A stretch of DNA of 64,000 bases from Desulfurobacteriaceae bacterium. Lineage in GTDB: Bacteria > Aquificota > Aquificia > Desulfurobacteriales > Desulfurobacteriaceae. A model generated the notes under the pieces. The model saw only the letters and a program-made list of their open reading frames with translations. It did no database searches and was not told where the DNA came from. The position numbers and the translations under genes were made by a program. The stretch lies in the NCBI GenBank assembly GCA_027063785.1, contig JAMORC010000005.1, forward strand, positions 90,050 to 154,049. The letters run 5' to 3'. This document shows, one piece after another, positions 46,340 to 55,662 of this stretch; the first letter of the stretch is position 1, and each line of letters opens with the position of its first letter.

Positions 46340-49011
46340 TGAGGAAATCGTTACTGGTTCTTTTAACGGTTCTTGTTTTGCCCGGTGTTTCTGAAGCGAA
46401 GTTGAAAAAGAGTATGAAGAAGGAGTGCCTTGTTTGTCACCAGAACTGGCTCCTTGAGTCGAAGATTAAGTCCCCGACTCTTTTAACCAAGAATTCTTTT
46501 CAGGCTGCTGACAAGTTGATGTGCCTTTCCTGTCACGACGGCTCAATGGCTGACGATAGGCTTACGTTTCTGGGTTTTGATCATTTTTCCCATCCGGTTG
46601 ATAAGGAGGTTCCAGAGGACTTTAAAATGCCTGAGGGCTTCCCGCTGAAGGACGGGAAGCTTTACTGTGGAACTTGTCACACTCCTCATACTGAGACGGG
46701 AAGTGAGAAAAAGCTTGACTACACGTTTATGAGGAAGCCTAACGTTAATTCGGCCCTCTGTATTGAATGCCACAAGGATAACGCAGAGCACGATCTCAAC
46801 CACCCACTTCTCGAGGAAACCGAAGGAAAGCTTTCGCTGGATGAATCCCTGAGAATAAGGAAGCTTGGGGGAAAGGTTACGATTTCTGGAGAGGTTCAGT
46901 GCGAATCGTGTCACTCTTCCCACAAGGGAAGGGCGAAGAAGGCTCTTATAGAGGGGTTTGAGAAATCCCAACTCTGTATTCTCTGTCACAAAGAAAACCT
47001 GAACAGCAAGAAACATCCCAACTGGCGCAACCATCCCATTCACAAGAAATTTCCGAAAGGTGCTCGGGTTTCCTTCTTTGAAAGTAAAAAGGCGGTTACC
47101 GAATCGGTCGAGTGTATGACCTGTCACAGGGTTCACAAAGAGGAGAATAAGCATTTAGTTGTTGCAAAAGAAGAAAAGCTGTGCTCCCTCTGCCACGTTA
47201 AAGAGAGGAAGGTTGAGAGCACCGATCACAACATAGCCGGTAAATCCTGTAAGAGCTGTCATGTGCCTCACGAGGCGAAAGCTCCCAAGCTTTGGGGCAG
47301 GAAGATTCCGGAAGAGGCTTTTGAGTATGCCTCTTTAATAGGAGCTAAAGGGAAAGAGGATATTCTCTGCCTTTCCTGTCACTATCCTCAGCATAAGGTG
47401 AACGGTAAAGAAGTTAAGACTGTCGGTGTTCTTACGCATCCGACGGGGAAAGTTGTTAAAGAAAAGATTGAACTGCCCCTTACCGGTAAAAGGTTAAGCT
47501 GTATCACTTGCCACGATCCCCATCATGCTTACGACGACAGCCCGAAAGGAAAGTTCTTGAGGAAAGAGAGACTGGAACTTTGTTACACATGTCACAAGGA
47601 AGAGGCCGATGTTAGGAAAGGGCCTCACGGTAAGGTAGACGAGAGGAGATGGAAGAAAGGGGACTGTGCTGCGTGCCACAGCGTGCATAACGCCAAGGAC
47701 GGTTACCTGTCCAGGGTAGTTTACGGCGAAATTTCCCCTATGGAGCCGCCGGTTGACGGTTTCTGCCTGGCTTGCCATGACCCTGAAGGGATGGCGGAGC
47801 ATAAGGTTAAACAGTCTGTATTTAATGAACACCCTGTTGGGGTGAGGAATCCGAGTGAGGAGCTGCCCGGGAAGAAAATTTCCTGTGCAACCTGCCACGA
47901 TCCCCATACTCATAAAGAGGAGCTTCTGAGGCTACCCGTGAAGGGGGATTCGAAGCTCTGTATGACCTGCCATATTGATCAGGATCTTAAGGGAAGTTCC
48001 CATAACCTTTTAACTAACCCGGAAGTCAACTTCCCCGATAAGGAAAAGAAGAGACTCAAGGAAAAGGGAATCTGTTCTGTTTGCCATACTCCTCACAATC
48101 CAGAGTTTAAGGTTCTTTGGAGCAGGAAGCCCGGAAAAGGGAATACGATAGGCGAAAAGTTGTGTAACAGCTGTCACTCGAAAGGAGGTCTTGCAGAGGA
48201 GAAGACTGTAGGTAAGCATTCTCACCCGATCGGCAGGGAGGTTACCGATAAGAACTTAGAGGTTATAGAGCGTTCAAGGCTTCCTCTGATTAATCAGATG
48301 ACAGGTCATCCTGTAAAAAGAGGAGAAGTGGGAGTCTTTGACTGTATGACCTGTCATGAGCCCCACAACGGTGCAGATAGGGAAAGGCTTACCAGATATA
48401 CCGTTAAAGGGGACAGTGCTCTCTGTACCTCCTGCCACACCGAGGAGGCCAAGGTAATTGGAACGGATCACGATATGAGGGTTGTTAATAAGGACTTTAA
48501 GAACCTGATGGGTAAGAGCGTCCTTGAGTCTGGAGTGTGTTCTTCCTGTCACGTGCCTCACAGGGCTTTTGATGAGAAGCTGTGGGCTATGAAGGTAGAA
48601 GAGGTTACTGATAACAGAGCTTCCAATTACTGCCTGACTTGCCATAAGGAAAACGGTATCGGGCAGGATAAGGTTGTTAAATATTACTACCATCCGAAGA
48701 AGGATGTTATAGTTAGAAACCTCGACAGGCCGGGCAGGGCCGGAGATTGGCCTATTTTTGATAGCAGGGGTAAAAAGGTTTCTGTTGGCGGAGAGATAGC
48801 CTGTGAAACCTGTCATGATCCTCATGTCTGGAGCAAGTGGAGTGATAAAGTTCCGGGTAAACCGACGGAGGGTAACGCTCTTAATAGCTTCTTAAGGAAT
48901 AAGGATTTAAGGGGAAGTATCTGTGTTGACTGCCACGGCCTCGATGCTCTTTACAGGTATAAGCTCTTCCACACCGAGAAGGTTCACCAAGAGAAACCCT
49001 CTTACAAGTAA
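46339..49011 (+). CDS. 24-heme c-type cytochrome (890 aa), secreted
   Basis: TAATG overlap with the NHL gene. Signal peptide MRKSLLVLLTVLVLPGVSEA. 24 CxxCH motifs, many as CxxCHxPH (e.g. CGTCHTPH, CITCHDPH, CETCHDPH). Confidence 0.85.
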   Translation: MRKSLLVLLTVLVLPGVSEAKLKKSMKKECLVCHQNWLLESKIKSPTLLTKNSFQAADKLMCLSCHDGSMADDRLTFLGFDHFSHPVDKEVPEDFKMPEGFPLKDGKLYCGTCHTPHTETGSEKKLDYTFMRKPNVNSALCIECHKDNAEHDLNHPLLEETEGKLSLDESLRIRKLGGKVTISGEVQCESCHSSHKGRAKKALIEGFEKSQLCILCHKENLNSKKHPNWRNHPIHKKFPKGARVSFFESKKAVTESVECMTCHRVHKEENKHLVVAKEEKLCSLCHVKERKVESTDHNIAGKSCKSCHVPHEAKAPKLWGRKIPEEAFEYASLIGAKGKEDILCLSCHYPQHKVNGKEVKTVGVLTHPTGKVVKEKIELPLTGKRLSCITCHDPHHAYDDSPKGKFLRKERLELCYTCHKEEADVRKGPHGKVDERRWKKGDCAACHSVHNAKDGYLSRVVYGEISPMEPPVDGFCLACHDPEGMAEHKVKQSVFNEHPVGVRNPSEELPGKKISCATCHDPHTHKEELLRLPVKGDSKLCMTCHIDQDLKGSSHNLLTNPEVNFPDKEKKRLKEKGICSVCHTPHNPEFKVLWSRKPGKGNTIGEKLCNSCHSKGGLAEEKTVGKHSHPIGREVTDKNLEVIERSRLPLINQMTGHPVKRGEVGVFDCMTCHEPHNGADRERLTRYTVKGDSALCTSCHTEEAKVIGTDHDMRVVNKDFKNLMGKSVLESGVCSSCHVPHRAFDEKLWAMKVEEVTDNRASNYCLTCHKENGIGQDKVVKYYYHPKKDVIVRNLDRPGRAGDWPIFDSRGKKVSVGGEIACETCHDPHVWSKWSDKVPGKPTEGNALNSFLRNKDLRGSICVDCHGLDALYRYKLFHTEKVHQEKPSYK

Positions 49012-49029
49012 TTTTGAGGAGGAAAGGAA

Positions 49030-49179
49030 ATGGCCAGGGAAGTTAGTTCAAGGGATATAGAGAAAGAGGCCTGGATAGTTCTTGCGGCCGTCCTGTGTAT
49101 CCTTCTCCTTCCGATACTCGGAGTTTGGTTTGTTAAGTTCGTCCACTGGTACTCCCACTCCATCTTTATGTGGCTCTAA
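49030..49179 (+). CDS. unannotated small membrane protein (49 aa) immediately after the 24-heme cytochrome
   Basis: Strong RBS GAGGAGGAAAGG 6 nt before ATG 49030. Single TM (WIVLAAVLCILLLPILGVWFV). Below the ORF-track size cut-off. Confidence 0.35.
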   Translation: MAREVSSRDIEKEAWIVLAAVLCILLLPILGVWFVKFVHWYSHSIFMWL

Positions 49180-49193
49180 ATCGGGAGGTAGTT

Positions 49194-49328
49194 ATGGCGA
49201 AAGCTTTAAAGCAGATATTTTTCTTCCGGAAGTGGATCGCATCGGTAGAGATTATTCTATACATATTTATGTTCCTTACTCTTCTGCTGACTGCCTATCA
49301 GCACTTGTTCGGCGGAGGCCACCACTAA
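49194..49328 (+). CDS. unannotated small membrane protein (44 aa), coupled to dCMP deaminase
   Basis: RBS GGGAGGT before ATG 49194. TM IILYIFMFLTLLLTAY. Stop 3 nt before the dCMP deaminase ATG. Confidence 0.35.
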   Translation: MAKALKQIFFFRKWIASVEIILYIFMFLTLLLTAYQHLFGGGHH

Positions 49329-49331
49329 AGG

Positions 49332-49796
49332 ATGGGTAGACCTTCGTGGGACGAGTACTTTATGTCCATTGCCGAGATGGTCTCCACCCGTTCTACCTGC
49401 CTCCGCAGGAAGGTAGGGGCTGTCCTCGTTAAGGATAAAAGGATAATCTCAACGGGCTACAACGGGCCTCCTTCCGGTCTGAAACATCCGGAGGAGGTTG
49501 GCTGTCTGCGGGAAAAACTGGGCGTTCCCAGCGGACAGAGGCACGAGCTTTGTAGGGGCTTACACGCGGAGCAGAACGCAATTATCCAGGCAGCCCTTCA
49601 CGGCGTATCCACTAAAGGTTCTGTACTCTACTGTACCCATTCTCCCTGCTCCCTCTGCGTAAAGATGCTCATCAACGCCGGAGTTGAAAAAGTAATATAT
49701 AAGGAGGGATATCCCGACTGGCTTGCTAAGGAAATCGCAGCAGAGGCCAACTTGCCGTTGATTCCGTTTTCGGAGGTTAAGTCTGATTCTACATAA
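49332..49796 (+). CDS. comEB: dCMP deaminase (ComEB-type cytidine/deoxycytidylate deaminase)
   Basis: Zinc motifs HAEQNAI and CTHSPCSLC. Confidence 0.85.
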   Translation: MGRPSWDEYFMSIAEMVSTRSTCLRRKVGAVLVKDKRIISTGYNGPPSGLKHPEEVGCLREKLGVPSGQRHELCRGLHAEQNAIIQAALHGVSTKGSVLYCTHSPCSLCVKMLINAGVEKVIYKEGYPDWLAKEIAAEANLPLIPFSEVKSDST

Positions 49797-49847
49797 TATT
49801 TCCGTTTCGCTTTCCCGCCCGGGTATAATTTTCAGACTACTCTTGTT

Positions 49848-50471
49848 GTGGGAGGCCTTTTGAGGGTTGTTTTAATCGCTAAGAACCTGCCGCCTTTAAA
49901 TGACGAGAAAGAACTTCTCAAACACTCCTTTTTTACTTTTCTTGTTGACGGCATCTCGAGGGCCTGCTCTCACCAGCTTGTCAGGCACAGGCCGGCTTCC
50001 TATAGCCAGCAGTCTCAGCGCTACGTTGCTATGGTCAATTTTCCCTACGTTACTCCCGACTCAGTTAAGGGGAAATCGGTTTATATCGAGGGGAAAAGGC
50101 TTTCGTATGAGAAGTTAATGGCTTTGGTAGGGAAATTTTATGAAGGTCTTGTAGAACAGGGAGTTCCAAAAGAAGATGCCCGCTTTGTTCTGCCGAACGC
50201 TTGTGCGACGAGGATCGTCTTTACTATGAACGGGGAGGAATTGGTTCATTTCCTGAGGCTCAGGACTTGCTCCAGGGCTCAGTGGGAGATAAGGGATTTG
50301 GCTGTAAGTGTTTTAAAGCTGTTGAGAAGGGAAGTTTCGGGGCTTTTTGATAGAGTTGGTCCTAACTGCTACTACCTCGGTTACTGTACCGAGGGAAAGA
50401 AGAGCTGTGGACGTCCGGATGAAGTTCGCCGTTATTTTTCTACACTGAACGAGGAGGAAGAGAATGCTTAA
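49848..50471 (+). CDS. thyX: flavin-dependent thymidylate synthase
   Basis: ThyX signature RHRPASYSQQSQRY. GTG start only ~19 nt downstream of a TATAAT (49824-29). Confidence 0.8.
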   Translation: MGGLLRVVLIAKNLPPLNDEKELLKHSFFTFLVDGISRACSHQLVRHRPASYSQQSQRYVAMVNFPYVTPDSVKGKSVYIEGKRLSYEKLMALVGKFYEGLVEQGVPKEDARFVLPNACATRIVFTMNGEELVHFLRLRTCSRAQWEIRDLAVSVLKLLRREVSGLFDRVGPNCYYLGYCTEGKKSCGRPDEVRRYFSTLNEEEENA

Positions 50472-51792
50472 ACTCATAGAGACATCTGCCGAACTTTTGA
50501 GGAAGCAGGGGATAGATAGCTTTGACATTTACGGAGTGGATTCGGCGGGGTTTAGCGTGGAGGTAAAGGAGGGTAAGGTTGAGAAGATAAAAGTGCCGCA
50601 GAGAAAAGGATTAGCTATTCGGGTTGTTGTTGAAGATAAGCTGGGGTTTTCCTATACCAACGACGTATCCGAAGACGGTATAAGGGTTGCAATAGAGTGT
50701 GCCAGGGAAAATGCCAGGAATTCATCTCCCGATGAATACAGTTTCTCTATGCCTTCGGAAAGTTCGCTGGATTTCCCCCTTTACGATGACACTTACCCGT
50801 CCATTCCTGTCGAAAGGAAGGTTGAAGTAGCTCTGGAACTTGAGGACAAGTGCAGGAGTTTGGACAGGAGGGTGGATAGGGTAAGGAAGGCTTCTTACAG
50901 CGATTCCTTCTCGACTGTTTACTACTGTAACTCTAACGATCACCTGTTTTCTTACACTGTTTCTAACTATTCCCTTTCTGTTCTGCTTGCCGCGAAGGAG
51001 GGAGATGACTCTCAGGTTGGTTGGGATTACGATGTTCGGCGCTTTTTTACAGAGCTGAATCCCGATCTCGTTGCTGCAAGGGCTGTTGAGAGTGCAGTTG
51101 AACTGCTCGGAGCTTCTCCCATGGAAACGAAGAGGATACCTGTGATTTTCAAGAACGTCGTATTTGCTGAGCTTGTTGAAGCACTTTCTGGTGCTTTCCT
51201 CGGTCATAACGTTATGAGGGGAAAGTCCCTTTTTGCCGATAAGCTTTCGAGGGAAGTTGCCAGCCACGTTCTTAACATTTACGACGATCCGTTTCAGAGG
51301 GAAGGAATGGGCAGCTTCCCCTTTGACGACGAGGGTGTTCCTGCAAAGAGAACTGCTATTATAGAAAGAGGTGTTTTAAAGAACTTCCTCGTTGATATGT
51401 ACTCCGCTAAAAAGCTCGGACTTCCGCTGACCGGTAACGGTATAAGGTCATCCCTTGCTTCGTTGCCACAGCCCGGAATTTCGAACCTTGTGATAGAGAG
51501 GGGGGCTTTGGGTCTGGAGGAGCTTGTGAAGACTCCCGAAGAAGTCCTGATCGTTACTGATGCGATGGGAATACATACTGTTAACGCAATTACTGGGGAG
51601 TTTTCCGTAGGAGTTAGCGGCGTCTACTACAAGGATGGCCGCAGAGTTCAGCCCGTTACCGGGATGACTGTTGCGGGTAATCTTAAGGATCTTCTGATGA
51701 ACATTACCGAAGTCGGAAGGGATCAGAGATGGGTGGGAAATATTTGTAGTCCTTCCGTTCTCGTTAAAGAGCTTACCGTGGGCGGTGAGTGA
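50464..51792 (+). CDS. TldD/PmbA-family metallopeptidase
   Basis: Peptidase U62 architecture. C-terminal GxC...V motif region. Confidence 0.8.
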   Translation: MLKLIETSAELLRKQGIDSFDIYGVDSAGFSVEVKEGKVEKIKVPQRKGLAIRVVVEDKLGFSYTNDVSEDGIRVAIECARENARNSSPDEYSFSMPSESSLDFPLYDDTYPSIPVERKVEVALELEDKCRSLDRRVDRVRKASYSDSFSTVYYCNSNDHLFSYTVSNYSLSVLLAAKEGDDSQVGWDYDVRRFFTELNPDLVAARAVESAVELLGASPMETKRIPVIFKNVVFAELVEALSGAFLGHNVMRGKSLFADKLSREVASHVLNIYDDPFQREGMGSFPFDDEGVPAKRTAIIERGVLKNFLVDMYSAKKLGLPLTGNGIRSSLASLPQPGISNLVIERGALGLEELVKTPEEVLIVTDAMGIHTVNAITGEFSVGVSGVYYKDGRRVQPVTGMTVAGNLKDLLMNITEVGRDQRWVGNICSPSVLVKELTVGGE

Positions 51793-52091
51793 TGAGGGGA
51801 GTTAGAAGGGAGAGGTTAAAATCGCTGCTTTTGAGGGAGATTTCGGATATCGTGAGGTTTGAGGTTGACCTTCCTGAAGGTTTGTTTATAACCATTTCGG
51901 CTGTTGAACTTAACAAAGACGCCACTAAAGCTACCGTTTTCGTTTCGGGGCTGAAACCGGAAGATGTTGCCCTTGCAGTTGAAAGGCTTAATAGGGCTTC
52001 CGGGTTTATTCACCGGCTTCTCGGCAAAAGGTTGAGGCTTAAAGTTGTTCCCCGCCCAGAGTTTGTTATTGCTCCAGAGGTGATGTCGTGA
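51789..52091 (+). CDS. rbfA: ribosome-binding factor A
   Basis: KH-like RbfA pattern RERLKSLLLREISDIV...VSGLKPED. 100 aa. Confidence 0.8.
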   Translation: MMRGVRRERLKSLLLREISDIVRFEVDLPEGLFITISAVELNKDATKATVFVSGLKPEDVALAVERLNRASGFIHRLLGKRLRLKVVPRPEFVIAPEVMS

Positions 52092-53098
52092 GGCTTAACA
52101 GAGAAGAGATGGCTGAACTTATAGAGGGACTTGAAGGAAGAATTCTTATAACGACCCATAAAAATCCGGATGGGGATGCTGTTGGAAGTTCTTTAGCCTG
52201 GTACAACTTCCTCAAAAAGTTGGATAAGGACGTAACGGTTATTTACCGGGATAGAATTCCCTACTTCTTCGACTTCCTTCCCGGTGTCTACGATGTAAAG
52301 GTTCTTCAGGAGATAAAGGATAAGTTTGACTGGGTAATTATTACTGACGTTTCTGATCCGAAAAGGACGGGGTTTGATGCAATCCCTGCCGAAAAGTCGA
52401 TAGTTATTGATCACCACGTAACGGCGGAACCTTTTACGGATTATTCCATTGTAGAGCCGGAAATTTCAAGTACTTGTGAGCTTTCCTACTACCTGATGAA
52501 GCTGATAAATGCTGATTTTATAGACATTTCCGTAGCCCTACCCATCTATACGGGAATCTACACGGATACGGGGAGCTTCAGCTACAGTAATACTTCTCCC
52601 GAGACATTTGAAGTTGCGGCTGAGCTTGTAAGGAAAGGAGTTAATCCTTACTTTGTAATGTCCAACATCTTTGAAAGGAACAGGCTTAACAAGTTTAAAC
52701 TGCTTGAACTTGTCCTTAGAACGCTTTCCTTTGCCCTCGGTGGAAAGGTTGCCCATATAACCCTTTTCAGGAGCTTTTTAGAGGAGACGGGAGCTTACCC
52801 GGAAGAATCAGAAGGTTTTATAAACTATCCCCGTTCAATAGCCGGGGTTGAAGTTGCCGTTTTCTTTAAGGAAATTGAAAAGGGAAGCTGGAAAGTTTCC
52901 CTCCGCTCAAAAGGTAAAGTTGACGTCGCTTCAGTTGCGAAGCGGCTCGGCGGCGGCGGACACAGGATGGCGGCAGGCTTTGAAGCTGAAGGGGAATTAA
53001 CGGAGATAAAGGAAAGGCTATTTAAGGAACTTGAGGTTGCCCTGGAAGACGCTTACTACGAAGGTCTTTCTCAGAAGGGAAATCCGAAAGAAATGTGA
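52088..53098 (+). CDS. nrnA: DHH/DHHA1 phosphoesterase, NrnA-type oligoribonuclease / pAp phosphatase
   Basis: DHH motifs HKNPDGDAVGS and DHH at ~100. DHHA1 GGGGHRMAAGF. Confidence 0.8.
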   Translation: MRLNREEMAELIEGLEGRILITTHKNPDGDAVGSSLAWYNFLKKLDKDVTVIYRDRIPYFFDFLPGVYDVKVLQEIKDKFDWVIITDVSDPKRTGFDAIPAEKSIVIDHHVTAEPFTDYSIVEPEISSTCELSYYLMKLINADFIDISVALPIYTGIYTDTGSFSYSNTSPETFEVAAELVRKGVNPYFVMSNIFERNRLNKFKLLELVLRTLSFALGGKVAHITLFRSFLEETGAYPEESEGFINYPRSIAGVEVAVFFKEIEKGSWKVSLRSKGKVDVASVAKRLGGGGHRMAAGFEAEGELTEIKERLFKELEVALEDAYYEGLSQKGNPKEM

Positions 53099-55662
53099 AC
53101 CCTTCCTCTTCCCTGCCCCGGTACGCTCTTCAGCTTATACCCGTAGTCAAGCCTTAGTGGACCGACGGGTGTAAGGTACCTGATTCCCATACCTACGGAG
53201 GAGTACCAGCCGCCCAGTTTAAACTCTTGAGGCCTTCTAAAGACGTTTCCCGAATCGTAGAAGACGGCCAGCTGAAGGTTCTTCCGGATATCCTGTCTTA
53301 ACTCAAGGCTCACCAGTCCGTAAGCTTCCCCTCCTATGAAGTTTCCTTTTTCGTCTGTCGGTGAAATAGTTCCGTACTTGTATCCCCTGACGCTTTCCGC
53401 ACCGCCCAGGAAAAACCTGTCCTGAATGGGGACTCCCCTGTTTCCTATCTTCTGAACTACTCCTCCGTGAAGCCGGACGGCAATTGTCCTCTTTTCCGTC
53501 AGCGGAACAAGGTATAGGAACTTTTCTTCAAGTTTATAAAAGTCGGTGTTTCCGCCTAAGAGAAATCCGGCCACCGAAAATTTCAGCTCCGCCAACCATC
53601 CCTTCCTGGGGTTGGTACTGGAATCCCGCCTGTCGTAGGTTTGTATTAGGTTGACGTTTCTCTTCAGGAAATGCCTTTCGGTTTTTATGTTCGTGTCCTT
53701 TACCTTTTCCCTGGAGACCTGAAATTGGAACTCTTGGGTAAAATTTTTGGAGGCTTTCCTTTTTAAGGAAAAGGTGTACAGCGTCTTATCTGTTTTAAAG
53801 CTTTCAAAAATCTGTTCTTTCTTGACTATTGAGTAAGACGTGTCGTAGTGCCTTTTCGGGAATGCAGGTTTCATTGCCTTAAACACGGCATCGTAGCCCT
53901 CTTTCTGCCTGTAGTTTCCGAATAGGAAGAATTTCATCCCCAGTCCGAAAGGCGAACTTGAGGAAATGAAACCGTTGGAAACTATACCGCTGTCCGTTCC
54001 GTATCCGAGGAATCCCCTTACGCTTAAGTAAGGGCCTTCCGACAGTTCTATTACCTCGTTGATACAGCTTGCGGACTTTACATCCCTTACTGTTATTGAA
54101 GAGAAAAGCCTGCTGTCCGTTAGCCTGGAGTACTGGTTTAGAACTTTCTCTTTTGAATAAATTTCCCCCGGTTGTAGAAAGAATAGGTTTTTTATCCATT
54201 TGATATCTGTCCTTTTCAGACCTCTTACCACTACATAGCCGAATCGGTATTGTTTCCCCGGATTTACATTGATTCTTAATAGCACTTCTACGCGGTCGGG
54301 TAATTCTTTCTTTTCTTCTTTTATGTCGATTTTTACGTCGGGATACCCTTTAGTTCCGTAGCAGTCGGCCAGAAGTCCGGATATTTCCTGCTTTACCTCA
54401 GGCTTGTAGATCACGGGGAGCTTAAAATGGCTTTTTTTGAAGCATAGCTCTTTGTCACCTGTAACTTCTATTCCTGTTAGGATGGACTGCTTTCCTTTCT
54501 TAACGGCGATTTTGACGGAAGAACCGGAAACGCTGTAGGAAATCTCCGGATTGAGAAAGCCGTTTTTCTTTAGTTTTGCTTTTATTAGATTTAGAAGCTC
54601 TGTAATTTTTTCCAGTGAAAACGGTCTATTGATAATGAGTTTTTTGAGGTCTTTGATATCCTCGTCTTCTTTAAATCCCGAGATGGAAACCTGCTTTACG
54701 ATAACTTTTGGCCCTTCATTTATGATGAAAACCAGTTCGACAGTGTTTTCTTTGTTTACTTCTTTTACCTTCACTTTTACAAAGGGGAATCCGTTGTTGC
54801 GATAAAACTTCTCTATTTCTCTCCTTGAATTTTCTATTTCAAACTCATCTACCGAGCGGTTTTTCTTGAAGGTGAGTAGTTCGTGGAGTTTTTTATCTTT
54901 AAAAGATTTGTTACCGGAAAACTTTATTAGGTAGCGCTTACCCGGTTCAACTTTTATCAGTATCTTTACCGGTTTCCAGCGGAGAATAGAGAATTTTTTT
55001 CTTCTGATTGGGATTATTGAGATTTTTACCTCGCCGTTGTAGTATCCTTTTTCTATTAACGTGTTTTCAAGCTTTTCCCTGATTTTTTCGAGAAGTTCAA
55101 CATCTAAAGGTTTTCCTGTCAACTTTTCCGTTTCTTTTTCAAAATTTTTCCTGAACCCGGAGGGGCAGATAAGCTCTACTTTCTCGATTTTTGACTGTTC
55201 TCCCAGTTCAAGTTTGAGTTTTACAAAATATCCGCATCCCCTTTTAATTTTTTCCGCTTTTACGCTTGCCCTGCTGTAACCCACGGCCTTGAGCCGTAGC
55301 TCTACCATCTTAACAGCGCTTTTTATAAGCCTGTCATTTAGTTTCCTTCCTGTAAGCATTACCTTAACGGCTTTTAACGTTTCCTCTATGGCCGGAACGG
55401 GATTTTCCACAATCACTTCTTCAATTTTCTGGTAGTCCTTTACCAGGAGCTTCCCCTTTTCCTCTTCAACCTCGTAGCCCAAGGACTCCAGAAGATCCTC
55501 TGCTGCTTTGAAGCAGTCAGAGAAACGGCAGACCGATTCCGATTCCTTTTCAATCTGCTCCTTTAAGCTCTTGTCGAAGCAAACGCCTTCCTCTACTTTA
55601 AGCTCGAAGGATTCTGCCGGAACCCACAGGAGAATGAGGAAAAGGAGTATTATTAACCGCAA
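53071..55662 (-). CDS. bamA: outer membrane protein assembly factor BamA
   Basis: Signal peptide. Multiple POTRA repeats. C-terminal 16-strand barrel ending ...HISFGFPF. 863 aa. Confidence 0.85.
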   Translation of the reverse strand: MRLIILLFLILLWVPAESFELKVEEGVCFDKSLKEQIEKESESVCRFSDCFKAAEDLLESLGYEVEEEKGKLLVKDYQKIEEVIVENPVPAIEETLKAVKVMLTGRKLNDRLIKSAVKMVELRLKAVGYSRASVKAEKIKRGCGYFVKLKLELGEQSKIEKVELICPSGFRKNFEKETEKLTGKPLDVELLEKIREKLENTLIEKGYYNGEVKISIIPIRRKKFSILRWKPVKILIKVEPGKRYLIKFSGNKSFKDKKLHELLTFKKNRSVDEFEIENSRREIEKFYRNNGFPFVKVKVKEVNKENTVELVFIINEGPKVIVKQVSISGFKEDEDIKDLKKLIINRPFSLEKITELLNLIKAKLKKNGFLNPEISYSVSGSSVKIAVKKGKQSILTGIEVTGDKELCFKKSHFKLPVIYKPEVKQEISGLLADCYGTKGYPDVKIDIKEEKKELPDRVEVLLRINVNPGKQYRFGYVVVRGLKRTDIKWIKNLFFLQPGEIYSKEKVLNQYSRLTDSRLFSSITVRDVKSASCINEVIELSEGPYLSVRGFLGYGTDSGIVSNGFISSSSPFGLGMKFFLFGNYRQKEGYDAVFKAMKPAFPKRHYDTSYSIVKKEQIFESFKTDKTLYTFSLKRKASKNFTQEFQFQVSREKVKDTNIKTERHFLKRNVNLIQTYDRRDSSTNPRKGWLAELKFSVAGFLLGGNTDFYKLEEKFLYLVPLTEKRTIAVRLHGGVVQKIGNRGVPIQDRFFLGGAESVRGYKYGTISPTDEKGNFIGGEAYGLVSLELRQDIRKNLQLAVFYDSGNVFRRPQEFKLGGWYSSVGMGIRYLTPVGPLRLDYGYKLKSVPGQGRGRVHISFGFPF

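Noticed and set aside
43304-48825. Multiple minus-strand ORFs (e.g. 44050..44439, 46543..47154, 47494..47913, 48274..48825) inside the cytochrome operon
   Set aside because: All are antisense to strongly supported heme-motif-rich coding sequences, lack RBSs and have no recognisable motifs.
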